This document shows positions 39,543-51,918 of a stretch of 64,000 bases of DNA, one piece after another. Position 1 is the stretch's first letter; the number at the start of each line of letters is the position of its first letter. Source of the stretch: Enoplolaimus lenunculus (lineage: Eukaryota); assembly GCA_030248215.1 (NCBI GenBank), contig JASANG010002574.1, positions 310,001-374,000 of the forward strand. Reading direction: 5' to 3'. Made by a program: the position numbers and the translations under genes. The notes below the pieces were generated by a model, which made no database searches, was not told the DNA's origin, and saw nothing but the letters and a program-made list of their open reading frames with translations.

Positions 39543-42327
39543 TTATGTTTTTTGTATGTACTCCTGGTACATTATTGTCCCGGGAAAATGGACGGGTACT
39601 CCTGGTACATTTCTGTCCTGGGAAAATGGGACGGCTTTAGGGTAACATTGGCCGTTACGCCGATTCTTAGGGACTTAAATTCACTGTAATACATCCCAAA
39701 AAGCGTAACATTGGCCAATATATGTCGATTCTAATCCGCTCTTAAATATCTAAAAAACTACCAATAGCATAGTGGTTATTGTATAAAGAAAAAATGAATT
39801 ATTTTACCCACTTTAAGGTTGCCGGTGCAAATTTAGCAGAAACCATCAATATTTTTGATAAATAAATATATCAAAAGTAATAAAAATATACGGCAAAAGT
39901 CGATGTTTGCTGATTTCAGCAATAATTATAATTATAAAAACAATATTTAACAGCAAAAACAAGTAATTATATCGATAAATTGCCTAAGCGCAGGTATCAA
40001 ATGCTTTCCTGTATAGACAGCAGTCAGCGGTTTTGCGTTCTGTATTCTATCCTAGAGACTGGCACACAAGAGTAAGAGACGCGGAGAAATACTGAATATG
40101 TTTTGTTGGAAGTATACGGTCTTCACGACCCCAGTTCCAAATTTTGCCCAAAGATAATGGCCACGCCGTGAATCGAAACTCGGTCAGGGCCGGAGTATGG
40201 CGATGGGAGGCTCGGGGCCAGGGCCCATATGACCAGAAGGTACGGGGCCCGTACGACTAGGCGGCCCGGAGCCCATATGACTAGCATGCCCTTTTTAACC
40301 ATAATTATTTTATACACCATAGCTTGAAGTGATACATTTTAATGAAACAAATTGTACCAAAAGTACGAAACACAATTTCGGCCCAGCGACTGCTCTAGAT
40401 TTGCATTTAGAGAAGTCACTTGCGATTCCACCGAAGCCGAGACGTTTTCTGAAGTCCGAAAATGGACGGTGCGAGACCCCGTTTTCTTTATTTTTCTTAC
40501 TTTTTCGATCACGCTATTCTCCAAAAATTTCTTTAAACACACTCTTAAGGTGGCACCGAATCCACGATTCTACCGAATTCGAATCCGAATCCATTGCTAA
40601 TTTGCTTTCAGAACCGAAACCGGATCCGAATCCGAAACTTTGTTACCACCCTGGTGTGAGCGTTCACCCTACTTCGGAGGCCACAGGTTTTATCTAGGAG
40701 CTGGAATGCGCGAGGATATGAGTTTTCTAGCTATGTTGTGCACCGGCCATTGCCAATAACCAGCCGACCAGACACTGACCATAACAGAAAAGCTAAAAAA
40801 ATTTGACATCATCAATTTAATATTTCAAATCTTATTTATAGATTTCGACTCTAAAACTTCTAGCTGTAAATGTTGCCTGCTGTTATCATTGCGGTCAATG
40901 TTAAGATTGAATCACAAGTTGAAACTACTTTGGTTACAGTTGTATTTTGTGATGAGATAAAGCGCTTCATATGATCGTGTTTCATTGCTTTTTAAAAATA
41001 TAGTGAAATCGTTCACTGGAGTACCTATATATATTTATTTTTTGACAATAATAAAGGAAACTAGAAGTGAAAGGGCTGCCGCAAGGTCCATTGAAAAAGA
41101 ATAGGTTTGCAAACTGCATCAGAAACAAATTTGTAAAGTGCAGAAACGAGGTGAAATAAAATTTTATTACTCAGCGTAATTGGTAAGCAAAATGGAGCGA
41201 ATCAAATGTACCTACTGCTTTTTCACATATTCCTTCACATGGGCTTTAGGCGACTTTATTTTCTAGTAAAAATATATGCTTCGAAGTTGCAAAATGTAAG
41301 TGATTACGGATAAGGATTGCCAACGCAAGGCCATTCTAGGCCGAAAAGCGAAGTTCCTGTCCTGAATACAGCTAATCTGACTACGCAACTTTTCATCCTA
41401 AAGTTTGCCATCACAAATGATACATGGTATATTCTTAGCTGCCCAGACCCAACGGTGTAGAAATCAGAAAATTAGATAAAGCTGAAGTACTTTCTCAACA
41501 TTTGGAAAAGTTCTTTGTACACCCTTGTGTATATCACCCTGCCGAAGAACGAAATCCGTATTTCCCAAAAATTGCATAGTAGTACAATTGGCGTTAGAGT
41601 AAGAATAGTAGGCCGCGCGTCAAAAAGGTCCGACAGGGATGCCCAATGGAATGTTTTACAGCTTGTATCACTTCGTTGTCGGCGAAAAAAACTTTGTTGG
41701 CTTGTTATCAATTGAATCAAATCGTGGTTTTCGGTTGGTGGGAAGCCCCTTTTGGTGGGAGGCCCGGCGGCCCGCCCCCCCATTTAATCCGACGCTGACC
41801 TCGGCGCTTTTGCACTTGAAGCTTGCATTAAGTAAGATGACATATAGAAATGTGTCTTGCTTCTTGTTCGCTTCGCTGTCGATGTCGTTGGTTTGTTTGT
41901 CTGCACTGTCTCTATGTTTTGAACCATGCCTGTAAATGATGCGAAATTTTTGTATGCCCACCCTGAAATTTTTGTGCTTAAGACTAAACGAGGTTGCCTC
42001 GAGAGAGGTGCGGGTGTAACAATAGCGACGAGTTTTTGTCAAATAAATATTAATTTACATATCAAAATAATTGAATTTTTAACTAATGTTACTTTAACGG
42101 GCGTCCAAATTTCCGGTGGGTCTATAAAAAGAGTAGGTTTAGATTCTAGAATACATTTTTTGCAGGCTTAGGCTTTGTAACATATTTTTGCAAACGCGTA
42201 GGCTTTAAGCTTAGGCCTAGGACTACGCTTACTCTACTGTCACGACCCAAAAAGTAACATTGGCTGAATTTTCAATTAAGGTTTGAAAAAACTCGCCTAA
42301 TCAATTTTGACTGTTTACAATTTTCAG

Positions 42328-42515
42328 CTGAAATCTTTCGCTCAACAAATATCTGAATTTCTCGTCAGACGGTCTGGTGTTAATTTAGCTTTGATGCAAG
42401 CGAGTCAACGTTACCCTACGCCACATCGCAAGCTAACGCCACTCTCGGCGGACGCTCGCATTGATCAAATATTAAAAAACGTTAATCAGATAATTGGACC
42501 ACATTGGGCCAGGCC
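42328..42515 (+). CDS. VWA-domain protein, exon B
   Basis: TTTTCAG acceptor, CC|GTAAGT donor, phase 0/2; LKSFAQQISEFL..VNLALMQAS corresponds to VWA helix 1 and beta-2. Confidence 0.8.
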
Positions 42516-42881
42516 GTAAGTTTAAGTTGAGTGTATTTCTTACGATAATCACTGCTCCAAAACTCATAATTAAACCTGGAATGCTCCACATACGTATTTT
42601 GGCAACTTTCCAACATTTACTTTGTTTACAATATTTTATCAGAAATTAAATGTGATTGTTCTATGTACAGAAAATTTGCATGCAGGTTATTGCAGGTTCA
42701 CTAACTTTTGTGCATTTCGCAAAACCGGCTGGCTATTTTGTTTAGATTGAGCGACATGTTTACCAAAGGATAACATTAAAACATTAACAATAAAAAATTC
42801 AAAACGTACATTTCAAATTAAGAACAATTAATATTTTATGGTTGGTCGAAATATTAAGGCGCAGCTAAAGTAGTTGGTAAG

Positions 42882-43067
42882 CAGAGCCGAAACAGCCACC
42901 CCCCATACCCCCATTTGGGGGTCTCCACCCCTAAAGAATCCTCCACACTAACCGGTTAAAGGAAAAACCGCCGAAGTTTTAAAATGCGTCGAACATCTCG
43001 CTCGCAAGTTTGGAGCACCCACTCCGGAGTTTGCTAGGCACCTCCAGCCCTGTCTGCTCCGGCACTG
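42882..43067. mobile_element. hAT-type MITE, same family as 1599-1849
   Basis: TSD TTGGTAAG/TTTGTAAG; fragments also at ~7330-7440 and 44217-44390. Confidence 0.75.
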
Positions 43068-43363
43068 TTTGTAAGCAAAGACGAACGTTGCTAGACTGTA
43101 ATGATTATTCGTACTCTGCGTAATTTTTAAGCTTTTTCCACAACACTTGATGCTTATTGTGTCTATACCATCACAGTATAGGTAATCTTGTCAAATTTGG
43201 AAAAAAAGCAAAATGGAATATATTTTAGTTTAAAAAAAAATGGGACGCCGTAGTTTATGCTGACTGTGTTGTCAAAAATATACCATAATTTCGGTTGTGA
43301 TTTGACTAAATTAAATTATTTTGTTTTAGGTATATTTGACTAGTGCAGTTATCTTAATTTCAG

Positions 43364-43456
43364 ATCATTACTGTACGCAGCAAAACACGTGTTCTCAAAC
43401 CTGGATTACGAACAAATGCATGCAACAAATGTGATTATTCAAATCTCTGGTTCCAA
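43364..43456 (+). CDS. VWA-domain protein, exon C
   Basis: TTTCAG acceptor, AA|GTAAAT donor, phase 2/2; SLLYAAKHVFSNLDYEQMHATNVIIQISGSK corresponds to the VWA aL..a...vF helix and the viiviTDG strand (degenerate). Confidence 0.8.
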
Positions 43457-44527
43457 GTAAATGTTTGTTTTGGCTAATATATAGAACGAGGCCGTGACAA
43501 TAGTATAACCTATTGTTAATCCTAAGACTAAACGTAAGAATGAGCGTATATACCTAGGATTAAACGTAAGCGTAAACCTAAGCAGCGCCGGATTAAAGGG
43601 GTGGCTCGGGCTCCGGGTCTACCACCAACCGAAAACCGACGATATGATGTCGCTCACGCGCTACAATGCGTGCACTACGCACATCCATCGTCCCCCTATA
43701 CTGTTTTTAAAGTCTAGCTATACTGTTATTGCGTAATTGTGTGCGGAAATTTTATCTCTAAATAAAAAATGTCCGTATACAGTTTATTGCATTGACGGAC
43801 ATTTTGTATACTGTTTGCGCATTATGTTAATATTAAATATAGAGTTGCGTGAACTGTAGGACTTTGTCGTTGAATGTTCCCGCTAAGGTGTCCCTAATGC
43901 GTCTATCATATAATAATATTGTGCACTACACTGTTTTTCAAACATTTCAATGTCTTAGGCAGTGTCATTGCAAAACAGTCTTGTCCGGAATTTGTTCGCA
44001 ATTTACCAATGCGCGTAACATTTGTTCTCAATTACCAAATCTGCTAACATTTGTTCGAAACGTTTGCAACAAAGAGATATTCATGCAACGCGTTTTGGCA
44101 TTGACAGACAGGATTAGCGCCCTTGCAAAATTTTAAAATACGGAGTAATTTTAACAATCAACTCTAAATGTATATTTAAAATTAGCTATGCCTTTTCCGT
44201 CGCTAGCACTCTCGAGCAGGGCCGGAGCAGCTATCTCCCATACGTCTCATTTGGGGGTCCACCCGAAAGAGGGGCCTCCACCCTAACAAGATTTTAAGCA
44301 AAAAGGTTGAAATATATTTTGATCATTACACGGGACACCTACCCCGAAATTTTGGGGGCCCAACCTAGCCGGCTTGGGGAGTGCTGGCGAGTGTCTATTC
44401 ATCTAAAAACTTTCAATGTTTCTTGACTTAGGGCCCTTGGACGTTTGTTGGGTACCCACCTGGCTCGCATGGTTCACATTGCAGTCAGGTTAAAACGATT
44501 CGATAATATTATTCAAAACTGTTTCAG

Positions 44528-44639
44528 GTCAATATCAGACTTTGCGGATTTATCTCAACTGATGAACGACGCAAAGATCAACATTCGTTCGGTGGCGGTT
44601 GGACTTCATCGAGATCAAACGACGTTAAAGCAAATGCAA
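44528..44639 (+). CDS. VWA-domain protein, exon D
   Basis: TTTCAG acceptor, CAA|GTGAGT donor, phase 2/0; SISDFADLSQLMNDAKINIRSVAVGLHRDQTTLKQMQ corresponds to the VWA gi.i.avgvG...L..i segment. Confidence 0.8.
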
Positions 44640-44649
44640 GTGAGTCAAC

Positions 44650-45105
44650 GAGACATTTTGCCAAATTTGGATGAGACATTTCGCCAAATTTGGTTGAGAC
44701 ATTTTGCCAAATTTGGATGAGGCATTTCGCCAAATTTGGTTGAGACATTTTGCCAAATTTGGATGAGACATTTTGCCAAATTTGGATGTGACATTTTGCC
44801 AAATTTGGTTGAGACATTTTGCCAAATTTGGATGAGACATTTTGCCAAATTTGGATGTGACATTTCGCAAAATTTGGTTGAGACATTTTGCCAAATTTGG
44901 TTTAGACATCTTGCCAAATTTGGTTGAAACATTTTTTCAAATCTGGATGAGACATTTTGCCAAATTTGGATGTGACATTTTGCCAAATTTGGTTGAGACA
45001 TTTTGCCAAATTTGGATGAGACATTTTGCCAAACTTGGATGTGACATTTTGCCAAATTTGGTTGAGACATTTTGCCAAATTTGGTTGAGACATTTTGCCA
45101 AATTT
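44650..45105. repeat. 23-bp minisatellite GAGACATTTTGCCAAATTTGG(AT/TT), about 20 copies
   Basis: Tandem repeat seen directly, starting about 10 bp after the exon D donor. Confidence 0.95.
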
Positions 45106-45424
45106 AGTTTAACCATAGATTTTTCAGAAGGAGCATACAAGGGTTTTCGATGACTTACAAGCAAAGCTACAACATTTCTATAGATGCCAAAACTTTCCAG
45201 GAGCGCTGAACCGTCACTGGCCCTTCTCTGGATGCTAACCTATAGCGCTCATCAATAATCTTCCCGCCTTTATGTTTGTGTGAGTGATATTTCCTTTGAG
45301 TGGAAATTGTTCCGAAACTATTTTCTAATAAACAAAATTTGTCAGAGCCGAAGGTAAACCAAAATTCACTCAACTTACCGTTACTTCTTCACCAGAAAAT
45401 AATATCCGTGGTCACTTAATTAGC

Positions 45425-45628
45425 AGCCAATGTTAATACTTTTAGGGGCGTAATAGTAGATTACGCGTATTTCTAAGCCTAAGCTTAAGCCTAAGCGTTG
45501 CAAAAATGTGTTCCTAAGCCTAATCCTAAGCCTAGGCCTAAGCCTAAGTAAAAATATAATCTAGAATCTAAACCTACTTTTTTGTAGGCCCACCAGAAAC
45601 CTGGACGCCCCTTAAAGTAACATGGGCC
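45425..45628. mobile_element. TTAGGC-bearing MITE, subfamily B
   Basis: Exact 8-bp TSD TAATTAGC. Confidence 0.8.
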
Positions 45629-45777
45629 TAATTAGCTATGACCCCGGTTTACCGTTTTTTTTTTCAATTTAAAAAATTTTCTTAATTCAAAAATAAAGAA
45701 ATTGATATAATTTTGAAAAACATCGCTCGTTTTTATGTGAATTGAAATGGTTAATTTTGAACTTTTTTCAATTTCAG

Positions 45778-45885
45778 ACTTTTGCAGGGGATTCCAATAA
45801 CGTATTCAGTATACAAGATTTCGAACAACTGCTCGCTCCAAACAGGATCGATGAGTTCATGGTTTGGTTTTGCAATTCTTTTTAG
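45778..45885 (+). CDS. VWA-domain protein, terminal exon E
   Basis: TTTCAG acceptor, phase 0; TFAGDSNNVFSIQDFEQLLAPNRIDEFMVWFCNSF*, with the closing Cys typical of extracellular VWA domains; TAG at 45883-45885. Confidence 0.75.
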   Translation, partial: TFAGDSNNVFSIQDFEQLLAPNRIDEFMVWFCNSF

Positions 45886-45892
45886 CATCAAT

Positions 45893-46225
45893 GGTTCATG
45901 TAAAGGTTACGAGACGAAACGCTTTTCTGTGGGACTGCAATATACACTGCAAAAAATGGTTAGTCAAATTGACTCTCACCGAAATAGGCTCTACGAGACT
46001 ACACAAACTTCAGTCAAAATCGACTCAGCCAGAGTCGAACGTGCGACGCAGTGAGTCGAATTTGACTCTGGCGACGCATTTTGTGTAGACCCGTAGATCC
46101 TATTTCAGATAGAGTCAATTTGAATCACCATTTTTTGCAATGTAAAGTTTAAGATTTAAACTATTTTTGCTTAAGCTTAGAAATATGCTTATACTACTGT
46201 GATGACCATGTTCTATGTATTGACC
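45893..46225. mobile_element. TTAGGC-family MITE interrupted by a CACTG element
   Basis: Family left end, insertion at 45945-46142, then family right end; starts 8 bp after the VWA stop codon. Confidence 0.65.
45945..46142. mobile_element. Palindromic CACTG MITE, second copy
   Basis: Same TIRs, 2-bp TSD TA, nested in a TTAGGC MITE. Confidence 0.75.
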
Positions 46226-46967
46226 GCAAAGTCGATACTCTCGTGATGATTAAAAGTTCTTTGATTTCACCAATGGCCGATTTGTTCTACTGCGTGGATA
46301 CCAGCCAAGCTGTATGACATTCTAGTTATCTAAAATATAGTCATTTCAAAATGGTGCTGGTTTAAAAGATATTTTACGATTTTATTATTTTTTGGCCGTG
46401 TAAAGATCAGGGGCGAAACGTTGTTTTGCGGAATTGCTATAAAATACACTTAAGTTGTAGATGTATTTTTTTACTTAGGCTTAGGCGTAGGTATAAGCTT
46501 ATTCTTACGCACAGGCTTTTAAGTACAAGCTCACTGTTGCATTTAGGTCTAAGATTACGTATAAGCTAATTTATAAGCTCATTCTTACGCTTAGACTTAG
46601 GTTTGGGCTCAGGCTTAGAAACATGCTTCTACTACTGTTTTGGCCCTGTCCTTTACATTGAGTATATATTTTTTGTAACTTGCTTTTAAATAGTCATATT
46701 TAAATAAACTTTTTAGTCATTTTACGCTTACTCGTACAGCCTATGATCCTATAAAGCGTAAGCGTGTAAGCTTGCGCTATTGCTAACTTGTGAGAAACGG
46801 GGCGCCCCCCGAAAGTAACTGGTTCAAAATTTTGACCATTTCACACTTTTACACAAAATAAATGTAAGCAGTTGAATTTTTGGAAACCACCTTCATGGTA
46901 TATGTATATATTGCCGCATAGAAATTGTATTTAGCAAACGAGTCGTATTGGTTAAGTACCTTTTAAA

Positions 46968-47208
46968 CCCACTCTCGCATGAATATTTTCAATTTCAAAT
47001 GACACCGTAATTTCAAGGTAAGATTCGAAACCCAGTCTCACGGGTGGGAGGCGTTTACGATGACCGCTGAGCTGTAGGAGCTTTACGCTCGCTCGAGCCC
47101 GAGGCGGCTCTCACGTCTTGTGGAGATTTTTCACTGCTCATATATGTTAGAATTGTTTAACACTGCTTACATTGTCTGTATTGCTCGTATATTATATGAT
47201 TGAGAGGG
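46968..47208. mobile_element. Second, diverged copy of the TTAA MITE with tRNA-Gly-like segment
   Basis: TAAA|CCCACTCTCGCATGAATATTTTC ... GAGAGGG|TTAA; shared core GCTCGAGCCCGAGG.GGCTCTCACGTCTTGTGG; a 5' fragment also at ~57414-57445. Confidence 0.65.
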
Positions 47209-48451
47209 TTAATTTTTGCTTTACTGGATTCCCGTTATGACCGATTCAGTCCGGCAACAATTTGCTTCATATTGATTCGACATCAACGTTAAAATTCCGT
47301 ATTTTCTATCCGGTTTCATTTGACATCAATGTTAAAATTCGGGCTGTCGTAAATCTGGTAAGCGGACAAACATTGAATGTCATATGACATAGACTTACAA
47401 ACCACCGCTATACATGTGCAATGTGTAAACAAGCTTGCATGTCCTGTGATACAGTGGAACATTTATGCGAATATTATATGATGGGACAAATTACGTCCCA
47501 AGCTCTCAGATGATACGTGAACCCCAAATTACCATTGGTCCACCCGTATATGGTATCTTCTCGTCAAACCCTACACATGACAGTTATATGGGCACGTAAG
47601 AATTTTACCAATTTTTTGACTGAAGAATATTCGATGCTCCCAAAGGTGTGAAAACACAATCTGTGATCATAAATATTAATTCAACCGAAATTGAAACAGA
47701 AAGAAGTAAACTTTTTTTGATGACAAATAAATGATACAGTTGCATACTGTCAGCAATTCAGGTATAAAATAAAAACAACGGTTTCCCAAATGTATAAATT
47801 ACGAATATTTGCCTAAAATAGCCAGAAAATGTACTAAATTTGAGCCAAATATGATTAATAATATTTTCAAGCGATATATAAAATAGTGTTCTGCAATTAC
47901 CACTTTTTCTATTGGCCGGCAGGCCGGCTACAAGTAGGACGTTTTCACCGGTCGGATCGGCCGATCATTGGCAGCCGGCCGGCTGAACATAAAAAATTTA
48001 ATCAAGCATTTTTGTAATGGCCTGAAGAGCAACATTAAAAACTCGTGTTCATACGTTTTTGGAACTTCGAAGTATATATTATTAGAAAATAAATTGCCTC
48101 AAAGTCCATAAAAATATGTAAACAAGCAGCCCCTCAGAAAGGGTCAAAAAGACGAGGTACTTCTCAATAACGCCAATACTAAAGTTTGATGGGACTGTTG
48201 AAAAATGTTAAGTCCTATTCACACGTGCAAGTTTTTTTGCAGTATAAACTTGTATATGCAACTTGCACGCGCCAGTTTGGTCAAAAAGCAGTTTTGAAGT
48301 TCTTGCAGCTGTAAATTATTAACTGAAATTTAAACTATCCTATTTAATTCGCACCTGTCAACGCTGTTGCAAGTCGCTTGAATTTCTAGATTTCAGTTCG
48401 TTACGTTTACAACGACAGCTATTAATATGATATGATTCTATTCACATTTTC

Positions 48452-48644
48452 GGCCCATGTATAGAACAGGGCCGGAACAGTAGCATAAGCATATTCCTAA
48501 GCCTAAGCCTAAGCGTATGGATAAGCCTATTCCTAAGCCTAAGTCTAAGCCTAAGCCCGAGCCTAAGCAAAAAATTAATCTAAAGCTTGAACCGACTCTA
48601 AAGCCCGTCCGGAAAACGATCCGGCTCTGTTCTATACATGGGCC
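48452..48644. mobile_element. TTAGGC-bearing MITE, subfamily A
   Basis: 25-bp near-perfect TIR GGCCCATGTATAGAACAG[G/A]GCCGGA; exact TSD ACATTTTC. Confidence 0.85.
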
Positions 48645-51508
48645 ACATTTTCGATACGATATTTAAATGGTTATTATGGTAAGAATGTGCGCAAGGTATC
48701 AAGCACAGCAGAATCATTAATTATAACCACGGCCGACGTTTCCCAACGATGAATCGATTAAAAACATTCTCGAATGTATATATGTACTCCAGTGAAATAT
48801 TTCACTATATATTTCTAAAACGCAATGGAACCCAGATCATCTGAAGTGCTTTATCTCCCTGCACGAGCTGTTTAGAATAAAACTGAAACCAAAGTATACC
48901 TTTTTCTGTGATAAGCATTAGCTAATTTTGTATTTCTAAATTCGATTGAAACGAAACGTAAATACTTAAAGACGAAAGAATTATTTTAAAACGAAACTTT
49001 AAGTAGTGATATATGATACGTCATAAACATTAATTTTTACAGATCTTCAGGTTCTAAAAGCAAATGCAGAATACTAACGGTTTTGTATAAAATAATGGGT
49101 TAAAATTTGGCAATCTAATTTCGAAACTATTTAAGGTGTATAGCTGCCCACAAAAATGTTTGACCCATGTTAATGAAACGTATGTCTACTAACTCTAAGC
49201 CTAAGCGTATCGTTAGCCTGGATGTAAGCCAAAACCTACTCCAAGTCTAAGCGTAGCGTTAGCATAAACATAAGCCTAATCCTAAACCAAGTCTAAGCGT
49301 AGCGTTAGCCTAAACATAAGCCTAATCCTAATTCAAAGTCTAAACCAAAAGCATTAGTCCAAAACCTGGGCCTTATAATCTTTAAATGTCCGCCCGTCTT
49401 CCTAATTTGGGATTGACAAAACCAAAAATATACGTAAAATGAAAAATATCCAAACACTAAAAAATAAAAAAATGGGAACGCATACGTGAAATAATGCTTA
49501 AAACAACGCAGTTAAACGTTAACCTAACATTCAAGGAAGTGACTTGGTACTATCAAGTGTGGATAATCGCTATTTAACAAGAGTGAGCAACTGGGCACAT
49601 TCTGTGTAGAAAACAATGTATCCGGCACGCGTTGCGTTTTTGGCCACACCCACCTTTATTTAGAAGGGGTGTACAACCGGTGCGAACCATAGCACTTTAT
49701 GTATGCGGTTCAAACATGCTCCCCTTATAGTTCAATTTAGGGGTATTCATTTGATAGCGACCCCTCTGTAAACAAGGAGGGGTCGGCCAAAAACACAACG
49801 CCTCGTGGTATATTTTGTACCATGTGTAAGCCCAAGAGTTTCACACTCCTGTAATTATCCGCTCTTGGTGCTATTAAATATTGCAAACGTTCATTTTCAT
49901 GCTTAATTTTAATTTCCGTCACTCAAATTTCGCTACAAATAAATAGTTGTTTGGTTTGGAATGACAATTGCTATCTGTGACGTATATTTTATTTTAATCT
50001 AATTGCTGCGCGCATCTAAAAGTCTACGTCTGGCTTCGGCCCAAAATCGACCTTCAGCTCTAGTAGAATGTTTTCTGGTATTTCTGGCAATTTCGGAGGT
50101 GAAATTATTCATAATTTTACAAAAATTGCGTCGTTCGAAACCATATAAATAGCAAATTAATGAAGATTTTGCCAGAATGCATCAAATTACCGTTTAAACC
50201 GCAGCAAATTTTAGCGTCGCGATGCGTTACTTATATTTTAAAAATAAATAAATTTTATTGGCAAACATCGCAAAAATAATTGTCCTGTATTGTTTGTAAA
50301 ATATTAAAATTGCATAAGATTTGTTTGAGAAACACAGATTTTACAACAAATTGAATTTATTTTGAACAAAAAAAACGCAAAATATTTCAATCTTTGCGAG
50401 AATCGAACTGCAACAAACTTTGTTGAAATGCTTTCGTAGTATCTGACGGCAAATATAGCGAAAATAAGGTGTGATTAAAGACGACGTAATTACAGTTTGC
50501 AGTAACGGTTCACAAGTTTAATGCAAGAATCCCGTATTATTTTTCAACTATGGTTTGTAGATGTGTTTGCAGGTAAATTTGGTGTAACAGCAATGTAATT
50601 TTATTTCGGAAATAAGCCTAAATTACACGGTAAATCGCAGTGGGCTGATTTTAACTCAGAATTAGTTGAATCACTCAGCCTGAGTTAGGACATTCAGAAC
50701 TCAGAATTCTGAGTCAATAAAACTCTCTCTGACTTATAATTGTTCAACTTATGAGGAATCAACTGAACTCAGAGTAAGGATCAACCCAACGCAGAGTGAG
50801 TTAATATTTACAGTTATTAACTCAGAAATAACTAACGTTTTAGCTGAGTTGATTAATAATAAACTCACTGGAATTTACTGAGTATAGATTTCAACCAGAG
50901 GTAAATAATACCGGAGCTGGAGCCAGTGTAACAGCCTGAGTTTGCCCACGTCAAATCTTTACCCTCGGTTAAAATTTGCCTATGCCAATATTTTGTCTCT
51001 GGAAACATTTTCCTAGCCATAGCTTTCCGCCCGGAAACATTGGCCAAGGCAGATCTTTCCCTTCAAGACAAAAATTTGAGAAGCCTGAGGCACGGCGAAA
51101 TTTAGGTAGTTGAAATATTGTTTAATTTGTTAATTTTAGCAAATATCTATAAAGGTGTTGGTTTATGTCTTGGTTTTACGCGTTACAAAATCTCAGCAAT
51201 ATTTTGTGACGAAAATTGTTCCAAGAGTCATAAAACAAAACGCACCAAACAAATTTAATTTTATAAAAGTATGCCAAATTTCACTACCGAGGTTACCGAT
51301 ACATCCGGCAGAAATTCTAACAGAGCCGCAGCCGGATGTTGATATTCTGTCGCCGGAGCCGGAGATTGACCTCCGGTTGTACACTGGCAAATTTAATTTT
51401 TAGGCACCCATTTCAAAGATTAGTAATTCATTTCTTGCTGATTATAGATACATCGGTTGTGTCGCTTAATGTCGGCCTTTTTCTTACAATATTCAATATT
51501 AAGCTATT

Positions 51509-51918
51509 GGCTCATGTTATTTTGAGGGGCGAACCAGTTTTTTTGCTTAACTATAATAGAGTAAGCTGTTTAGGTTAATGTTTTGTGCATAATTAGGCCC
51601 GAGATTAGGCTTAAGCTTAGTGGCCCATGTTACTTCTAGGGCCGTCCTGGTTTCTGGTGGTTCTGTTAAAGAGTAGGCCTGCAATCTAGATTACATTTTT
51701 TTGCTTAGGTTTAGGCTTAGGCTTTTGCTAAGGCTTAGGAATACGCTTTTGCAATGATTACGCTTAGGCTTAGGTTTAGGAATACTCTTAATCCACTGTT
51801 ACGGCCCTAAAAGTAGCATTGGTCGGCTCAATTATAGGCTCATACACTAAGGGTTAGACTTTAGGCTAATTGAATATGCTTGTACTACTGCAACGCCTTT
51901 AGTATAATAACATAGGTC
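51509..51918. mobile_element. TTAGGC MITE (TIR GGCTCATGTTATT variant) with nested subfamily-B copy at 51622-51824
   Basis: Two sets of GG[CT]..ATGT termini nested one inside the other. Confidence 0.65.

Noticed and set aside
38892..39689. Cys-rich (CPICPN) or GQM-repeat ORFs resembling metallothionein or collagen
   Set aside because: The 9-bp minisatellite is open in most frames on both strands, lies in an intron and has no splice support.
41799..41929. Possible nested minus-strand exon after TTTACAG
   Set aside because: Two frames are open but there is no homology, and the apparent donor is supplied by an hAT MITE end.
44690..45095. TTGGTTGAG resemblance to Caenorhabditis meiotic pairing-centre motifs
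   Set aside because: Short partial match; HIM-8/ZIM pairing centres are known from Caenorhabditis and nothing indicates this genome has them.
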